A DNA stretch of 64,000 nucleotides from the human T2T-CHM13v2.0 reference genome, Homo sapiens. Positions 1 to 12,865 of this stretch are shown piece by piece (the first letter of the stretch is position 1; each line of letters starts with the position of its first letter). The notes under the pieces were generated by a model, which did no database searches, was not told where the DNA came from, and saw nothing but the letters and a program-made list of their open reading frames with translations. The DNA is taken from assembly GCF_009914755.1 (NCBI RefSeq), contig NC_060942.1; one strand, written 5' to 3'. The translations under genes were made by a program, and so were the position numbers.

Positions 1-181
1 GCCTCTTGAGTAGTTGGGACTACAGGCGCCCACCACAGCGCCTGGCTAATTTTTTGTATTTTTAGTAGAGACGGGGTTTCACCGTGTTAGCCAGGATGGT
101 CTCGATCTCCTGACCTCGTGATCCACCTGCCTCGGCCTCCCAAAGTGCTGGGATCACAGGCGTGAGCCACCGCGCCCGGCC
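1..181 (-). mobile_element. AluY-type SINE (cut by window edge)
   Basis: Antisense Alu with AluY-type segment 'accgtgttagccaggatggtctcgatctcctgacctcgtgatcc'; ends 'cgcgcccggcc'. Confidence 0.93.
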
Positions 182-1229
182 CCCCACCCCTTGTTTTTCT
201 TTACCAGCTCGTTGTCCAAATGCTCATAGTTCCAGGCCTGATTTATGTAAAATCAGAAATTGAAGTTATTTACTCACTAGCCTATTCAAGTTCCCAAAAT
301 TGCATTATCTTATGATTTGGAGAGATACATTTCAATATATCCAAGAAAATATGTTAGTGGGGCAACCAGATAACATTTTCGATGTAACCCAAAACAATAA
401 TTTCAAAAGTTCTGATGAAGGGGAAAGCAGACTGGGCTACAGATTGGAAAAAAAAAATGAGTGACGTTATATACAAATCTTCAAATTCTAATGTTTAGAA
501 AGATGCTTTATTTGCTCCTGCTTAAACCAGAAGCTTGGGTTAACAGAGAGGTCCAGAGTTTTGGGGCAATGCTTAAGAAATTACTTTAGGCACCAAGATA
601 GTAGGAAGATAGTTTATCTTTGCATCTTCTTATTCTGTACTCTGTATGTATATTTGAAATATTGCCTCATTTTGGATATGGATATAGGGAAGCTAGAAGA
701 GATTAGATTAGGATGCAGATTTTGTTCTATTATTTGTTAAAATTTGTCTTGGATTAGTAATTATAAAACTCTCTTAATAATTGGTTCTGTATCCCATGTC
801 AATCGTGGATCATGTAGTCCAATTTCTGGTAGGTAGGTAGCCATATCTTCACAAATGCCACCACAATTCACAACAGTTCAGAAGGTCCCAGTTGAGCAGT
901 GATGATTAAATCAGTCAAATCTACACTCGGTTTTTAATTCAGTCATCAACTCACTGTTGGAAAAGTTTGGTTTATTATTACTTACACAGCATTTTTAAGG
1001 TATATAGAAGATTTGAATTTTTATCATGGCCATTTGACACTCTCACATTACAGTTTCATTAAAAGTCATACTGATGACAAAGATGTGTATTTTAATAAAT
1101 CATAATTTTATGGCTGTCATTACTAGGTAAAATGTATATCAGTTGACTTCCCTTGATCATAGTTTGTAACTGAGAACAAATTTACTCTGCCATGCATAGA
1201 AGGGGTTTATAATCATTTCAACATTTTCA

Positions 1230-1415
1230 GCAAAATATTTATAGGTATTACTAAAAACATGCTTATGAGGTCAAATAACTCTGGGAAATGCCAGTTTTTA
1301 GAAAGATTTCTCAACTCAAAAACTTTTCAAAGCCTATAATATGCTAATAGACGTTTTGGGTCTCTAAAAGGGAATTATAGGATGCTGAGTTTCCCAAACT
1401 GTTTCACTGCAGAAA
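1230..1415 (-). mobile_element. hAT-Charlie MITE remnant (MER103C-like), left part; split by the L1 at 1416-2457
   Basis: 'ggtcaaataactctgggaaatgc...agcctataatatgctaat...gtttcccaaact' resembles MER103C as recalled; continues after the L1 as 'agaacatct...acactttggagactgctg' (~2460-2511). Confidence 0.55.
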
Positions 1416-2457
1416 TTTTTTTTATATTTTTTAATTTTTATTTTAAGTTTTGGGATACACATGCAGGATAATCAGGTTTGTTACATAGGTAAATGTGTGC
1501 CATGATGGTTTGCTGCACCTATCAATCCATCACCTAGGTATTAAGCCCCACATGCAATAGCTATTTTTCCTACTACTCTCCCTCCCCCAGCCCCAACCCA
1601 ATAGGCCCCAGTGTGTGTTGTTACCCTCTCTGTGTCCATGTATTCTTATTGCTCAGCTCCCACTTATAAGTGAGAACATGCGGTGTTTGGTTTTCTGTTC
1701 CTGCATTAATTTGCTGAGGATAATGACTTCTAGCTCCATCCATGTCCCTGCAAAGGACATGATCTTGTTCCTTTTTATGGCTGCATAGTATTCCATGGTG
1801 TATATGTACATTTTCTTTATCCAGTATATCATCGAAAGGCATTTGGGTTGATTGTATATCTTTGCTATTGTGAATAGTGGTGCAATGAACACATGGGTGC
1901 TTGTATTTTTGTAGTAGAATTTTTTATATTCCTTTGGGTATATACAGAGTAAAGGGATCACTGTGTCAAATGATATTTCTGGTTCTATATCTTTGAGGAA
2001 TCACCATATTGTTTTCCATAATGGTTGAACTACTTTACATTCCCACCAACAGTGTAAAAGCATTCATATTTCTCTGCAACCTCACCAGCATCTGTTGTTT
2101 CTTGACTTTTTAATGATCGCCTTTCTGACTGGCATAAGATGGTATCTTATTGTGGTTTTGATTTGCGTTTCTCTAATGATCAGTGTTGTTGAGCTTTGTT
2201 TCATTAGTTTGCTGGCTGCATGAATGTCTTTTAAGAAGTGCCTGTTCATGTCTTTTGCCTATTTTTAAATGGAGTTGTTTGTTTTCCTCTTGTAAATTTG
2301 TTTAAGTTCCTCATAGATTTTGGACATTAGACATCTGTCAGATGGATAGATTGCAAAAATTTTCTCCCACTCTGTAGGTTGCCTGTTTGCTCCTATGATA
2401 GTTTCTTTCGCTGTGCAGAAGCTCTTTAGTTCAATTAGACTCCATTTGTCAATTTTT
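1416..2457 (-). mobile_element. 5'-truncated LINE-1 (L1PA10/11-like), ORF2 C-terminus plus 3'UTR
   Basis: T-rich tail at left and antisense 3'UTR; ORF track 1653-1961 and 2265-2525 give ORF2 C-terminal motifs ([14 protein letters not shown]; YTMEYYAAIK). Confidence 0.93.
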
Positions 2458-4769
2458 AAAAAGAACATCTTATCAGACCACCAAAGTAAATGATACACTT
2501 TGGAGACTGCTGGATTAACATCCATCTAACCGACTTCTAGTTACTTCAATGCTTTATGCTTACCCATAATCTGCCAGAGTGCTGGGATGACCCCTCCATG
2601 TGTTCATTGCTTGGAAAATATTTTAAAAAGCACTTTATTCTCTAAGTTGTTTATTTTCTCTGAAGGTATCTGGGATCCAAATCCTTGGTAAAATTGTGAA
2701 ATTGGTCATATTTGTCTTTGGTATGTTCTCACCAGGCTTTAAAATGCTTTTCTCCATCTTCCTTAAGCATCTCGCTTTCTACAAGCTTCTTTTCTCTTGA
2801 CATCCCATGTTCTCCTTACTCTAGAATGTCTACAGTCACCCTCTGATACCCTTTCTTTATATATCTTCCCACTGAGGTACATGATGTGGCCATAAATACC
2901 CTTTCCCCATCATCACAGTACGCTTTTACAGCATTCCATTGCAGCCTACCGATCAGCTCGCACTGAGATGTCAAGCTCCTGCTGATCATGACACTGATAA
3001 TTAGCAAATAGGTGGGCATTGACAAAGAGAAGCTAAAGGTATCTGTTTTTGTACTGTAATAAAAACATCTGGGCCTTCAAGCTGGGAATTCAGAGACTTT
3101 AGCAGGGGCAAATATTTTTGGTCACCAGGATCTTGAGACTCCTCAATTAATAACAACATTTATAATCTAAAGAATGGCAGAACTCTATTTTAAAAAGTTA
3201 TTTAATTGTATAAGTTGAGGTAACACTGGAATTATAATCAATAACTTAAAAAATTTAATTTTCATTAAGTAATTAAATAACTATGAGAATCTACTTATAA
3301 AAGAGTGACCTACAGAATAATATCTAAAGAGTACAAAGTGCATGATAATATATTCTGCTAAAAAAATTTTAATTCCAGAAAATATTTTAAATTACTTTTT
3401 AACTATAAATAGAAAACTTTACAGGTATTCAGATTGCATACATCATAGTCAAATAAAATTAACTTGAATATGCAAATGTTTTATGCTGAGGCATCCATCA
3501 AATTATAAACCAATACCTCAAGATGACATTCTAGTTGGCCTCAGAGTTCTAATTTTACTGTCGAATCTAGCAGTGCATCCCAAACAAAATTACATCCTGG
3601 ATGTTTTTTGATGTAATAATAACATAAAATGTAATAACAAACTCAGTAGTGCTGAAGTATTTAGTGTCTAATAATATTAGCATTTTATCACTCCAGCTTT
3701 AAACATTCATCTAGGAAAACACATAGAGAGATAGTTATAAATCCTTTAAAAAGAATACCCTTAAATTTCTCACAGTGGAAATAATTTTATGTTTTGATGG
3801 ATTGATTTGTTTTGTTCTGTTTTCAAAGATAAAATTATTTAAAGAAAAAATTAATGCTACGACAAGCCTGTTTTATTTCATATATTTACTTCCTTCAAAG
3901 AAACTAATCAATTAAAGATGCTTATATAAGAAATAGTCTTATATTTGTATTTTATACAAGCAAAACAATATAGTAAACAATAAGTAATTAAGTAATAAGT
4001 TCATATATAGGCTTGTTCATCTTACATTTTCTTATATTAAGTGAATTTAGTAGGTCCTTTTAAATTATCTGTGATAATTAAGTGGTTTATTTGAAAGGTT
4101 TTTATATTTCTGTTTATTTAAGCTGAGAATTCAGGGACTTTAGCAGGATAGGAGATATTTTGAGTAATACCTATTATTTCCTAAAACTGCAATGAATTTC
4201 TAGTCAATATTTTAACTTTAGGTAGTCATGCCAGTGATATGTGGAAATTTTAAAGCATCGTTGGCATGATATCAAAATACTGTGCTTGATAACATACATT
4301 TCTTTCCTCTATATGCTGCTCACTCATACTTTATTTTAAAAAGTCTGTATAATTTTACTTATGACATTGCTTTGAAATTTACCTGTTTAAACGTGCACAT
4401 ACATTTCTTTTTACCTTCATCTCTTGTGCTGAGCACAGTTCCTGGTGTACAGTCTTGGATTCATATCAGTCCATGTGGCAGCAGTTCCTGTGGAGCGAAT
4501 CATGAAGACTGACATGCCATCTGAAATATTTTGATGCAAATAGATGGCATTTCAAATTATGGCAATAACATTCACACTCCAAACTCATACTTAGAGTCTA
4601 ACACATCACAAATAACTAAATTGACCTTCATACTGTGTCTAAAAAAGAGTGTTCTTTATGTTTCTTTGAAAACAGTATCAATAAGTAATTTCCTATCTTC
4701 TCTGCTTCATCTTCTTTCTCTTATCTTTTCCCATTTGTTCTGTAAAATATCAGTGCAAAGTATAATTTA

Positions 4770-4925
4770 TACCTTCCATGTATACATTGCTTTACAGTTT
4801 ACATAATATTTCATGTATATTATTTCATTTAATCCTTATTACAAAGGAGATGAAGCAGGTATTAGAGTCTTGCTTGATGGTGGAAAAAACTAATCTGATA
4901 TCCAAAAGTCACAGTGGCAGAGTTA
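4770..4925 (-). mobile_element. MIR-family fragment
   Basis: 'gctttacagtttaca...attatttcatttaatcct...aagtcacag...gcagag' degenerate MIR pattern. Confidence 0.4.
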
Positions 4926-4944
4926 CAAATAGAATTGTCATCTT

Positions 4945-5352
4945 TGTGTGTGGTTGGTGATTAAGGGCTGTTTCCCAGGTTTCCTTACAGCTAAATGTAG
5001 TTCACGTGACTAAAGTTCTGGCCAATGGGAAGAAAATAGACATGCCACGTTCAATTTCTTAGTAATTTCTTTATAACAAAAGGATGCCTTCTTCCCTGCT
5101 TCTTTCCTCTTTTTTGACGACTGGAATGTGTAATGGTGATGAGTCATCTTGGACTGCTGGAAATGGATAGAACCCTGGGGATGTCTGAGCAGCAAGGTGG
5201 AGAGACACTTAGCCTCACCCAACTTCATGGAGCAGAATCATCACCATATCAGCTCAGAACTTATGTGTGAGGGAAACAAATTTTCTCTTTTAAAAAATAT
5301 TATTTTGTATCTCTCATTTATAGCAGCCAAACCCATATCAAAACTGAAATGA
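4945..5352 (+). mobile_element. MLT1 (J/I-like) MaLR solo LTR
   Basis: 'cacgtgactaaagttctggccaatggga', 'catggagcaga', 3' end 'tatagcagccaaacccatatc'. Confidence 0.65.
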
Positions 5353-6987
5353 TAACAAAAGCAGTATTTTTAATGAATAAATTGTTTGTTATGATGTCTT
5401 GTACTTACAGGCTTATCTTTCCACAGTGGTTACGTACCCTCTCCATTCTGGGAACTTCCTCAGTTGGGAAATAGGCTTTAGTATTAACTGACATGTAGAG
5501 GATTTTTTTTTGTTTGCATTAACATAAAAAATACATATTTATATTTGTGTCTTCTCATATGCAGTGAAAAAGTAAGGGGTCTTCCTGATATGTCCCTACT
5601 ATATAGCTTATCAAAAATTCACTTTATACTTAGACTTTTCCTTTACATTCATTTATTTCCCCTTTTTAAGAATCTAACATTTAGGACAAAAGGTGTGCTC
5701 ATGCTGGTCCTCATTTTGTCTTATTCTTTGGTGTTTACAGTGACTACTGTACAGTTTGAAAAGTAGTAGTGAGAATTTATTGGACTTTTCCCTCTCAGCA
5801 CTGAACAAGGAGTAATCAAACATGACTATTTGGGCAGGATTATTATGATATGAGTATCCGACATCACACTGCCGACAATTTGCTGGAAGATTTAACTTGG
5901 CAAATAAAAATTGAATTTTTGTGGGATCATAGCAGTCACATATTGGACAATCTTTTTAATAATCTTAAAGCCTAGAAGTTTCTCGGTTCAATAGTCTTCC
6001 GGAAACAAAAGCAGTATTTTTGCTAATTTAAATATTTTAAACAAGGTAGAAATGTATTCAACAGCTTTGTATTTCTTTCTTTTTTGGCTTTGTAAGACTA
6101 AACTCTATTTAAGATTTATTCCAGCTTGGGCTACACTTTGGAAATAGACTCAGACTTTGGAAACATGTTTTTATTTTGATTCATTAAGACAGTATCCTTT
6201 CTTCATTGTAAATGTAAGATTTTTATAAGTAAATAAAAGAGCAGATACATGTGTTTTAGATGCCTGTTTTTCTTTAATCTACAGGTATTTGCATGGTGTT
6301 AAAAAATTATACAACTTTTCAGAAAAAGAAGAGCCAAGGTCTGAGAAAGAGGTTTATAATTGGCATTATATCTAAGATTTAAGACATGCAAGTAATTTAG
6401 TAGTTAATTATTTTAAGCCTACCTGACCTTTCAACTGTGTTCCTGTTTCAAGGGAAGAATGCTCAGAGTTCATCATTCCTCAGTGATTTACAATTTTTTT
6501 CTAGATTCCATCCCTTTGGAGATAAATAAAGCCTTTCTTTTCCAGGATATAATAATTCCCCTTCTTTATCTGTGTTATAATATTTAGTCTTACAAATTTC
6601 CCTTTCTTATTGGTAATTCGTGACATTTAGAATGGACTGAAATAATTCTAAATCACCCACTTTTTATTTATTAAATTTAACACAACCTAAAGAAATGTGC
6701 AACAGAAAATAGATATGCTTCAAAAATAAAGACCCCATTTTTTTACTTCAATAAACTTTTAATCCTTTTATTACAATTATTTAGACTTGATGTAATTCAT
6801 GCATTTTAAGCAGTTTAGAAGATATTCTCAAACTGCAGCAGATAAATGTTGATATGTAAATTCAAAGCAGATCTCTTAGAAAGTCTTTTCTGGTTTCAAA
6901 GATCTATAGTTCCTTGTTAGTCATTTTCTTCTTATTAGATTAAGTTTTCACTTCATTTATCATGGAAAAACCACAGATTTGGAAGCT

Positions 6988-7121
6988 GTCCCTACTACTC
7001 GAAATGTGATTCATGGATCAGCGCTTAGGCACCACCTGGGAACTTGTTAGAAATGCAAAATCTCAATCCCATAACAGATTTCCAGGTGATTGGTGTTCAT
7101 GTTAAAATTTGAGAAGCACTG
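6988..7121. mobile_element. MER5A (hAT-Charlie) with internal deletion
   Basis: 'cacctgggaacttgttagaaatgcaaaatctc...ccaggtgatt...aaatttgagaagcactg'. Confidence 0.8.
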
Positions 7122-7729
7122 TTCTAAAAGATAAGCCATCAGAGCTGGTTATGAGTGTGCACATGTATGTGTTCTTAAATGGAATTTTATATTTGTTGGT
7201 AGAAGTGTTACTTCATTTTGCTTTGCTATTATAACTAATTTCAACTCATAGTCAGCAAGATAACATGTGAATTAACCTCTACAATTTGTTTAGTGCTCCT
7301 CTTACTCTTGAATTGAAAATTATAAGAACTACCCTAATTCTCCTTTCTTAGCTGTCAGCCACATTTGATGGGGATTTCTAATTCCCCCGAACTGTGTGTC
7401 CTTTTAGAAAAAAAAATTGCTATTAGACTCCAGTTGGAAAGATAGCATGAATGCTAATATATTCTGTGGCAATGTATACCTTATATTTGCAAGAAAAAAG
7501 TAAGTTACAATTAGGTTAAATTTCTTGCCTTTGTTCTCTTCCAGACTTTAAACAAGTGAGTCCTTTCCTTCCAATCTAAGTATGGAGTACAATGGAACAG
7601 TAGAGCTGCACTGAAGACAAGACTTCTTGGGCTACCATTTTTCTGGAAGTTTCTACAAAGTCTGTTATTTATCATTCGGACAGACTGTGACAAATGCCAT
7701 TTTAATTCAATGATATGATTAAATAAAGG

Positions 7730-9380
7730 TTTACTGATTGTTTCATTTCCTGTATAGTTCTATAATTTGATATAATCCCATGTGGGGTTTTTTTTGCTTT
7801 TGTTGCTTATGCTTTTGGTGTCATGCCCAGAGGAATGTCATTGAGGTTTCCCTCTGTTTTTCCCCAGTAATTCTTTGGGTTCAGGTCTTATGTTTACATC
7901 TTTATTACATTTTGAGGGGTTTTTTTTGTATATGGTATCAGATAAAGGTCCAATTTCATTCCTTTGTATGTGAATATTCATTTTTCCAAACACCTTTTAT
8001 TGAATAGATTATTCTTTTTCCATTGTACGTTTCTTGACATCCATGTGAAAGGGCTCTCTATTGTATTCTATTTGTCTTTATGTCTATTTTTATGTGATTA
8101 CCATGCCATTTTGATTACTGTAACTTTGAAATATATTTTGAAATCAGGGAGTGAGGCTTCCCATTTTGATCTTTTTACTCAAGATTGCTTTGGCTATTTA
8201 AGATCATTTGTGGTCCAATATGAATTTTAGGATTGTTTTTTCTAATTGTGTAAAGAATGCCATTGGGATTTAGGTAGGGATTGCATTGACTCTGTAGATC
8301 TCTTTGGGTAGTATAAACATTTTAACAATTTAATTCTTCCAATTCAAAAGGGATGTCATTCTATTTATCTGTGCCTTCTTTCATTTCATTCATCAATGTC
8401 TAATGTCTTTTATCTCCTTGGTTAAGTGTATTCATAATAATTTTATGCTTTTTTTTGCTATTGTGAATGGAATTGCTTTCTTAATTTCCTTTTTGTATAG
8501 TTTGCTGTTTGTATATAGAAATATAACTGGTTCTCATATGTTGATTTTGTATCCTGTAACTTTACTGAATCCATTTATAAGTTCTAATAGTTTTCGTTGT
8601 TGTTATTGTTGTCTTTTGGGTTTTCTACATATATGATCATGTCTTTTGCAAAGAGAGACAATTTTACTTCTTCCTTTCCAATTTGGATAACTTCTATTTC
8701 TTTTCTTGTCTAATGGTTCTTCCAGGACTATATTGAATAAAAGTTATAAGAACCTTATACTGGTTCTTAGAGTGAAAGCTTTGGGTTTTCCCCCATTAAT
8801 TATGTTGTTAACCATGGACTTTTCATATATGACCTTTATTATGTTGAGGTAAGTTTCTTCTATACTGATTTTGTTGAGAGTTTGAGTCACACATGGATGT
8901 TGAACATTGAACTACGTCAAAGACTTTTTCTGTGTCTGTTGAGATATTCTTTTTTTTATTTCAATAGTTTTTGGGGAACAAGTAGTTTTTGGTTACATGA
9001 ATAAGTTATTTAGTGGTAATTTCTGAGATTTTAGTGCACCCATCACCTGAGCAGTGTATACGGTACCCAATGTGTAGTCTTTAATCCCTCTTTTGTTTTA
9101 TTTTGTTAATGTGGGGTATTACATTGATTGACTTGCATATGTTGAAATGTGTTTGCCTCCCAGGGATAAATCCTACCTGGTGATGGTGTATAATCTTTTA
9201 CATGTGCAGTTGAATTTTGTTTGCTACTATTTTATTGGAGATTTTTGCGTCTGTGTTCATGAGGGATATTGGTTTGTAGTTGTCTTTTCTTGTTTTTTCT
9301 TCGTCTTACTTTCGTATGAGAGTAATGCTGGCTTCATAAAAGGACTTTGGAAGTGTTTCTTACTGTCTTTTGTTTTTACC
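7730..9380 (-). mobile_element. Old LINE-1 (L1MA-like) ORF2 segment, antisense; probably the inverted 5' part of the element continuing at 9460
   Basis: Antisense ORF2 motifs e.g. 'gctttggctatttaagatc', 'gttgattttgtatcctgtaactttactgaa', 'gagacaattttacttcttcctttcca'. Confidence 0.85.
8948..9090 (-). mobile_element. Short L1PB1-like 3' end nested in the older L1
   Basis: Poly-T then 'atttcaatagtttttggggaacaag...ttctgagattttagtgcacccatcacctgagcagtgta'. Confidence 0.8.
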
Positions 9381-9921
9381 CTTTTAATTTTGTATATATG
9401 ATAAAAATGTAAAAATTCTGTCGATGCTGAAAATTACTAAGTTAAACCTGCTAAAATGTGAAGAAAATAGACTGAAAAGGAATATACAGAATGAAAGAAC
9501 ATATCTGCCAATCATATTTCTCATAAGAGGTTAATATCCAAGTATATAAGAAACTCAAACAACTCAAAAGCAAAATAAATAAATAAATAAATAAAACCCC
9601 CAAAACAACAATGAACTGACTAAAATATGGGCTAAGGACCTGAATAGACATTTCTCCAAAAAAGACATACAAGTGGCTAACATGTACATAAAAGAGTGCT
9701 CAACATCACCAACCACAGGGAAATGCTAATCAAAACCATAAGGAGATATCACTTCACACCTGTGATCATCTGTGACTATCATCAAAAAGATAACAAATAA
9801 CAAGCATTGTCTTGTTAAGCTTTGGAGAAGAGCTTCTACATTGTACATTGTTGGTGGGAATGTAAATTGGTACAGCCATTATGGAGAACAACATGAAGGT
9901 TCCTCAAAAAATTAAAAATAT

Positions 9922-10236
9922 GGCTGGGTACTGTGGCTCAAGCCTGTAATCAGCACTTTGGGAGGTCGAGGTGGGCAGATCATTTGAGGCCAGGAGTTCT
10001 AGAACAGCCTGGTCAACACGGTGAAATGCCTCCTCTGCCAAAAATAAAAAAATTGGCCAAGCATGGTGGTGTGTGCCTGTGGTCCCAGCTACCTGAGGAG
10101 AATGAGCCCAGAGAATCTCTTGAACCCGGGAGGTGGAGGTTGCAGTGAGCCGAGATCATGCCACTGCACTCCAGCCAGGGTGACAGAGCAAGACTTTGTC
10201 TCCAAAAAAAATAAAAAATATATATATATATAATTT
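9922..10236 (+). mobile_element. AluS-type SINE inside L1MA
   Basis: Full dimer; flanking 'aaaaattaaaaata' at 9907-9920 and 10237-10250 (TSD). Confidence 0.92.
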
Positions 10237-10418
10237 AAAAATTAAAAATAAAACTAGCATATGATCCAGCAAACCCACTTCTGGGTATACATCCAAAGGA
10301 GATGATATCAGTATCTTGAAGACATATCTGTACCCCATATTCATTGCAGCACTATTCGTAATAGTCAAATGATAAAGATAATCTGTGTCTGTTGACAGAT
10401 GAATAAAGAAATTGTGAT

Positions 10419-10422
<4 letters not shown>

Positions 10423-10456
<34 letters not shown>
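10423..10456. repeat. (AC)n microsatellite, ~17 units
   Basis: Direct reading. Confidence 0.95.
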
Positions 10457-10459
<3 letters not shown>

Positions 10460-11075
10460 GATTGCAACAGACTTCAAAAATAAGAAAGTCTTGCCATTGG
10501 TGACAACATAGATGACTTGGAGGACATCATGATAAGTGAAATAAACCAGGCACAGAAAGACAAATCCTGCATGATCTCACTTATATGTGGAATCAAAAGA
10601 AGTTGAAAGCTGAGAGTAGAATGGTGTTTGCCAGGGGCTAGAAGGTGGAGAAATGAGGAGATACTCATCAAAGGGTACAAATATTTAGTTATTCAGGATG
10701 AATAAGTTCTGGAGATCTAAAGTACAGCATGGTGACTATAGTTAATAATATCGTTTTGCATACCCAAAATTTGTAAGATAGTAGATCTTAAAGTTCTAAT
10801 TACAAAAAATTGTAACTATGTGAAGTGATGCATATATTAATTATCTTGATTATGGTAATTATTTACAATATACGCATATATCAAACATCACATTCAACAC
10901 CTTAAATGTATACAACTTTCATTTTTCAAGTAAACCTCAATAAAGCTAGAAAAAGATAAAGCCATGTGTGATTATGGCAAATAAAAGATACAATAGGATA
11001 AATATGAAATTTACTTGTTACCTTTTTGCAGTATTATTAAAAAACTAATAAAACAGTTTAATGAACTTAATTGTT

Positions 11076-11386
11076 TTTATTTTTTATTTTATTTATTAAT
11101 TTTTGAGACAGAGTTTTGCTCTTTTGCCCAGGTTGGAGTGAAGTGGTGCAATCTCGGCCCACTGCAACCTCCACCCACTTGGGTTCAAGCAGTTCTCCTG
11201 CCTCAGCCTCCTGAGTAGCTGGGATTATAGGCACCCCCAACCATGCCCAGCTAATTTTTGTATTTTTAGTAGAGACGGGTTTCACCATGTTGGCCAGGCT
11301 CAACTTGAACTCCTGACTTCAGGTGATCCACCCGCCTCAGCCTCCCAAAGTGCTAGGATTACAGTTGTGAGCCACCGCGCCCAGCC
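11076..11386 (-). mobile_element. AluS (Sq/Sp-like) SINE
   Basis: Full antisense dimer; 16-bp TSD aatgaact(t/g)aattgtt at 11060-11075 and 11387-11402. Confidence 0.95.
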
Positions 11387-11923
11387 AATGAACTGAATTG
11401 TTAACTTTAATGTTTGAGTCCATTAAATTGCTCAAGGAATTTCAATACAGATACCTACAACATTTTTCAAGTGCTGTATTTTTTTGGACAGAGACAATAT
11501 TATTCAAAAATAACTTTTAAATATTATTTTTAAAACAAATTAATACATGTATATAGTGACACAATCAAACATTAAAGAAAAGTTTGTGATAAAATGCCAT
11601 TGCCTTCTACCCATTCAAATTCCAATGAGTGCCATTCTTTAAAAACAGATCCTTTAGCTGTACATTGTTTTCCTTTGTTTCCTCCATAACTCATATAATA
11701 TACTTGTTTATTTCTTGAATAAAGTTTTGATAATATCAACTGACTCTGTAATCTTAAAAATGGGTATTTTTCTCACACCTTCTCCTTCCCCACTCTGCTT
11801 TAAAAATCATAACAATTGCTTTACTATTTTTAATCATATTGTATAAGTTTAAATAATGTATGAGCATTTCTAATTCCTGCTGGATCAACTTTTGATAGTA
11901 TCTATTAGGTCTCCTCTTGTTAA

Positions 11924-12227
<304 letters not shown>

Positions 12228-12526
12228 TTTGTGTCTTAAAAATCTCCCTCCATCTTCCTCACTGCCTCTGCCTCTATCCTTTAATTTCTGCCAGTCATAG
12301 TTTACTTTGTCAAGATTGTCAATAGTTACAATTATAAAACCCCAAGTGGTCCTAAGGGATTTATCCATAGTTGACAAGAAAATTTAAATACCTATAATTA
12401 GCACATAACGACCAAAAAAATATTGTTGCATTCTGGTGTTAGGTAGTTGCTAATATTATATTTCCTTCTCCACAAGTAGAGTACCATTTGACAGAGAATG
12501 TTCTCACCAATAATGTCAAATGGATT

Positions 12527-12865
12527 TTCTTTTCTTTTTCCTTTTTATTTTTTTGATACAGAGTCTCATTGTGTTGCTCAGTCTCATTCTGTTGCTCTGT
12601 AGCAGTGGCATGGTCTTCGGCTCACTGCAACCTCCACCTCCCAGGCTCAAGCAATTCTCCTGCCTCAGCCTCCCGAGTAGCTGGGATTACAGGCACCGGT
12701 CTTGATACCTGGGTAATTTTTGTATTTTTATTAGAGACAGGGTTTCACCAGTTTGGCCAGGCTGGTTTCGAACTCGTGACCTCAGGTGATCTGCCCTCCT
12801 CGGCCTCCCAAAGTGCTGGGATTACAGGCGTGAGCCACTACAGGCGTGAGCCACTGCGCCCAGCT
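12527..12865 (-). mobile_element. AluS-type SINE with two internal tandem duplications
   Basis: Antisense Alu; duplications at 12562-12597 and 12823-12854. Confidence 0.92.

Larger units (their letters stand above)
9460..10955 (+). mobile_element. L1MA8/9-like 3' end
   Basis: 'gacctgaatagacatttctccaaa', 'gaataagttctggagatctaa..tacagcatggtgactatagttaataata', terminal 'ctcaataaagctagaaaa'. Confidence 0.85.
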
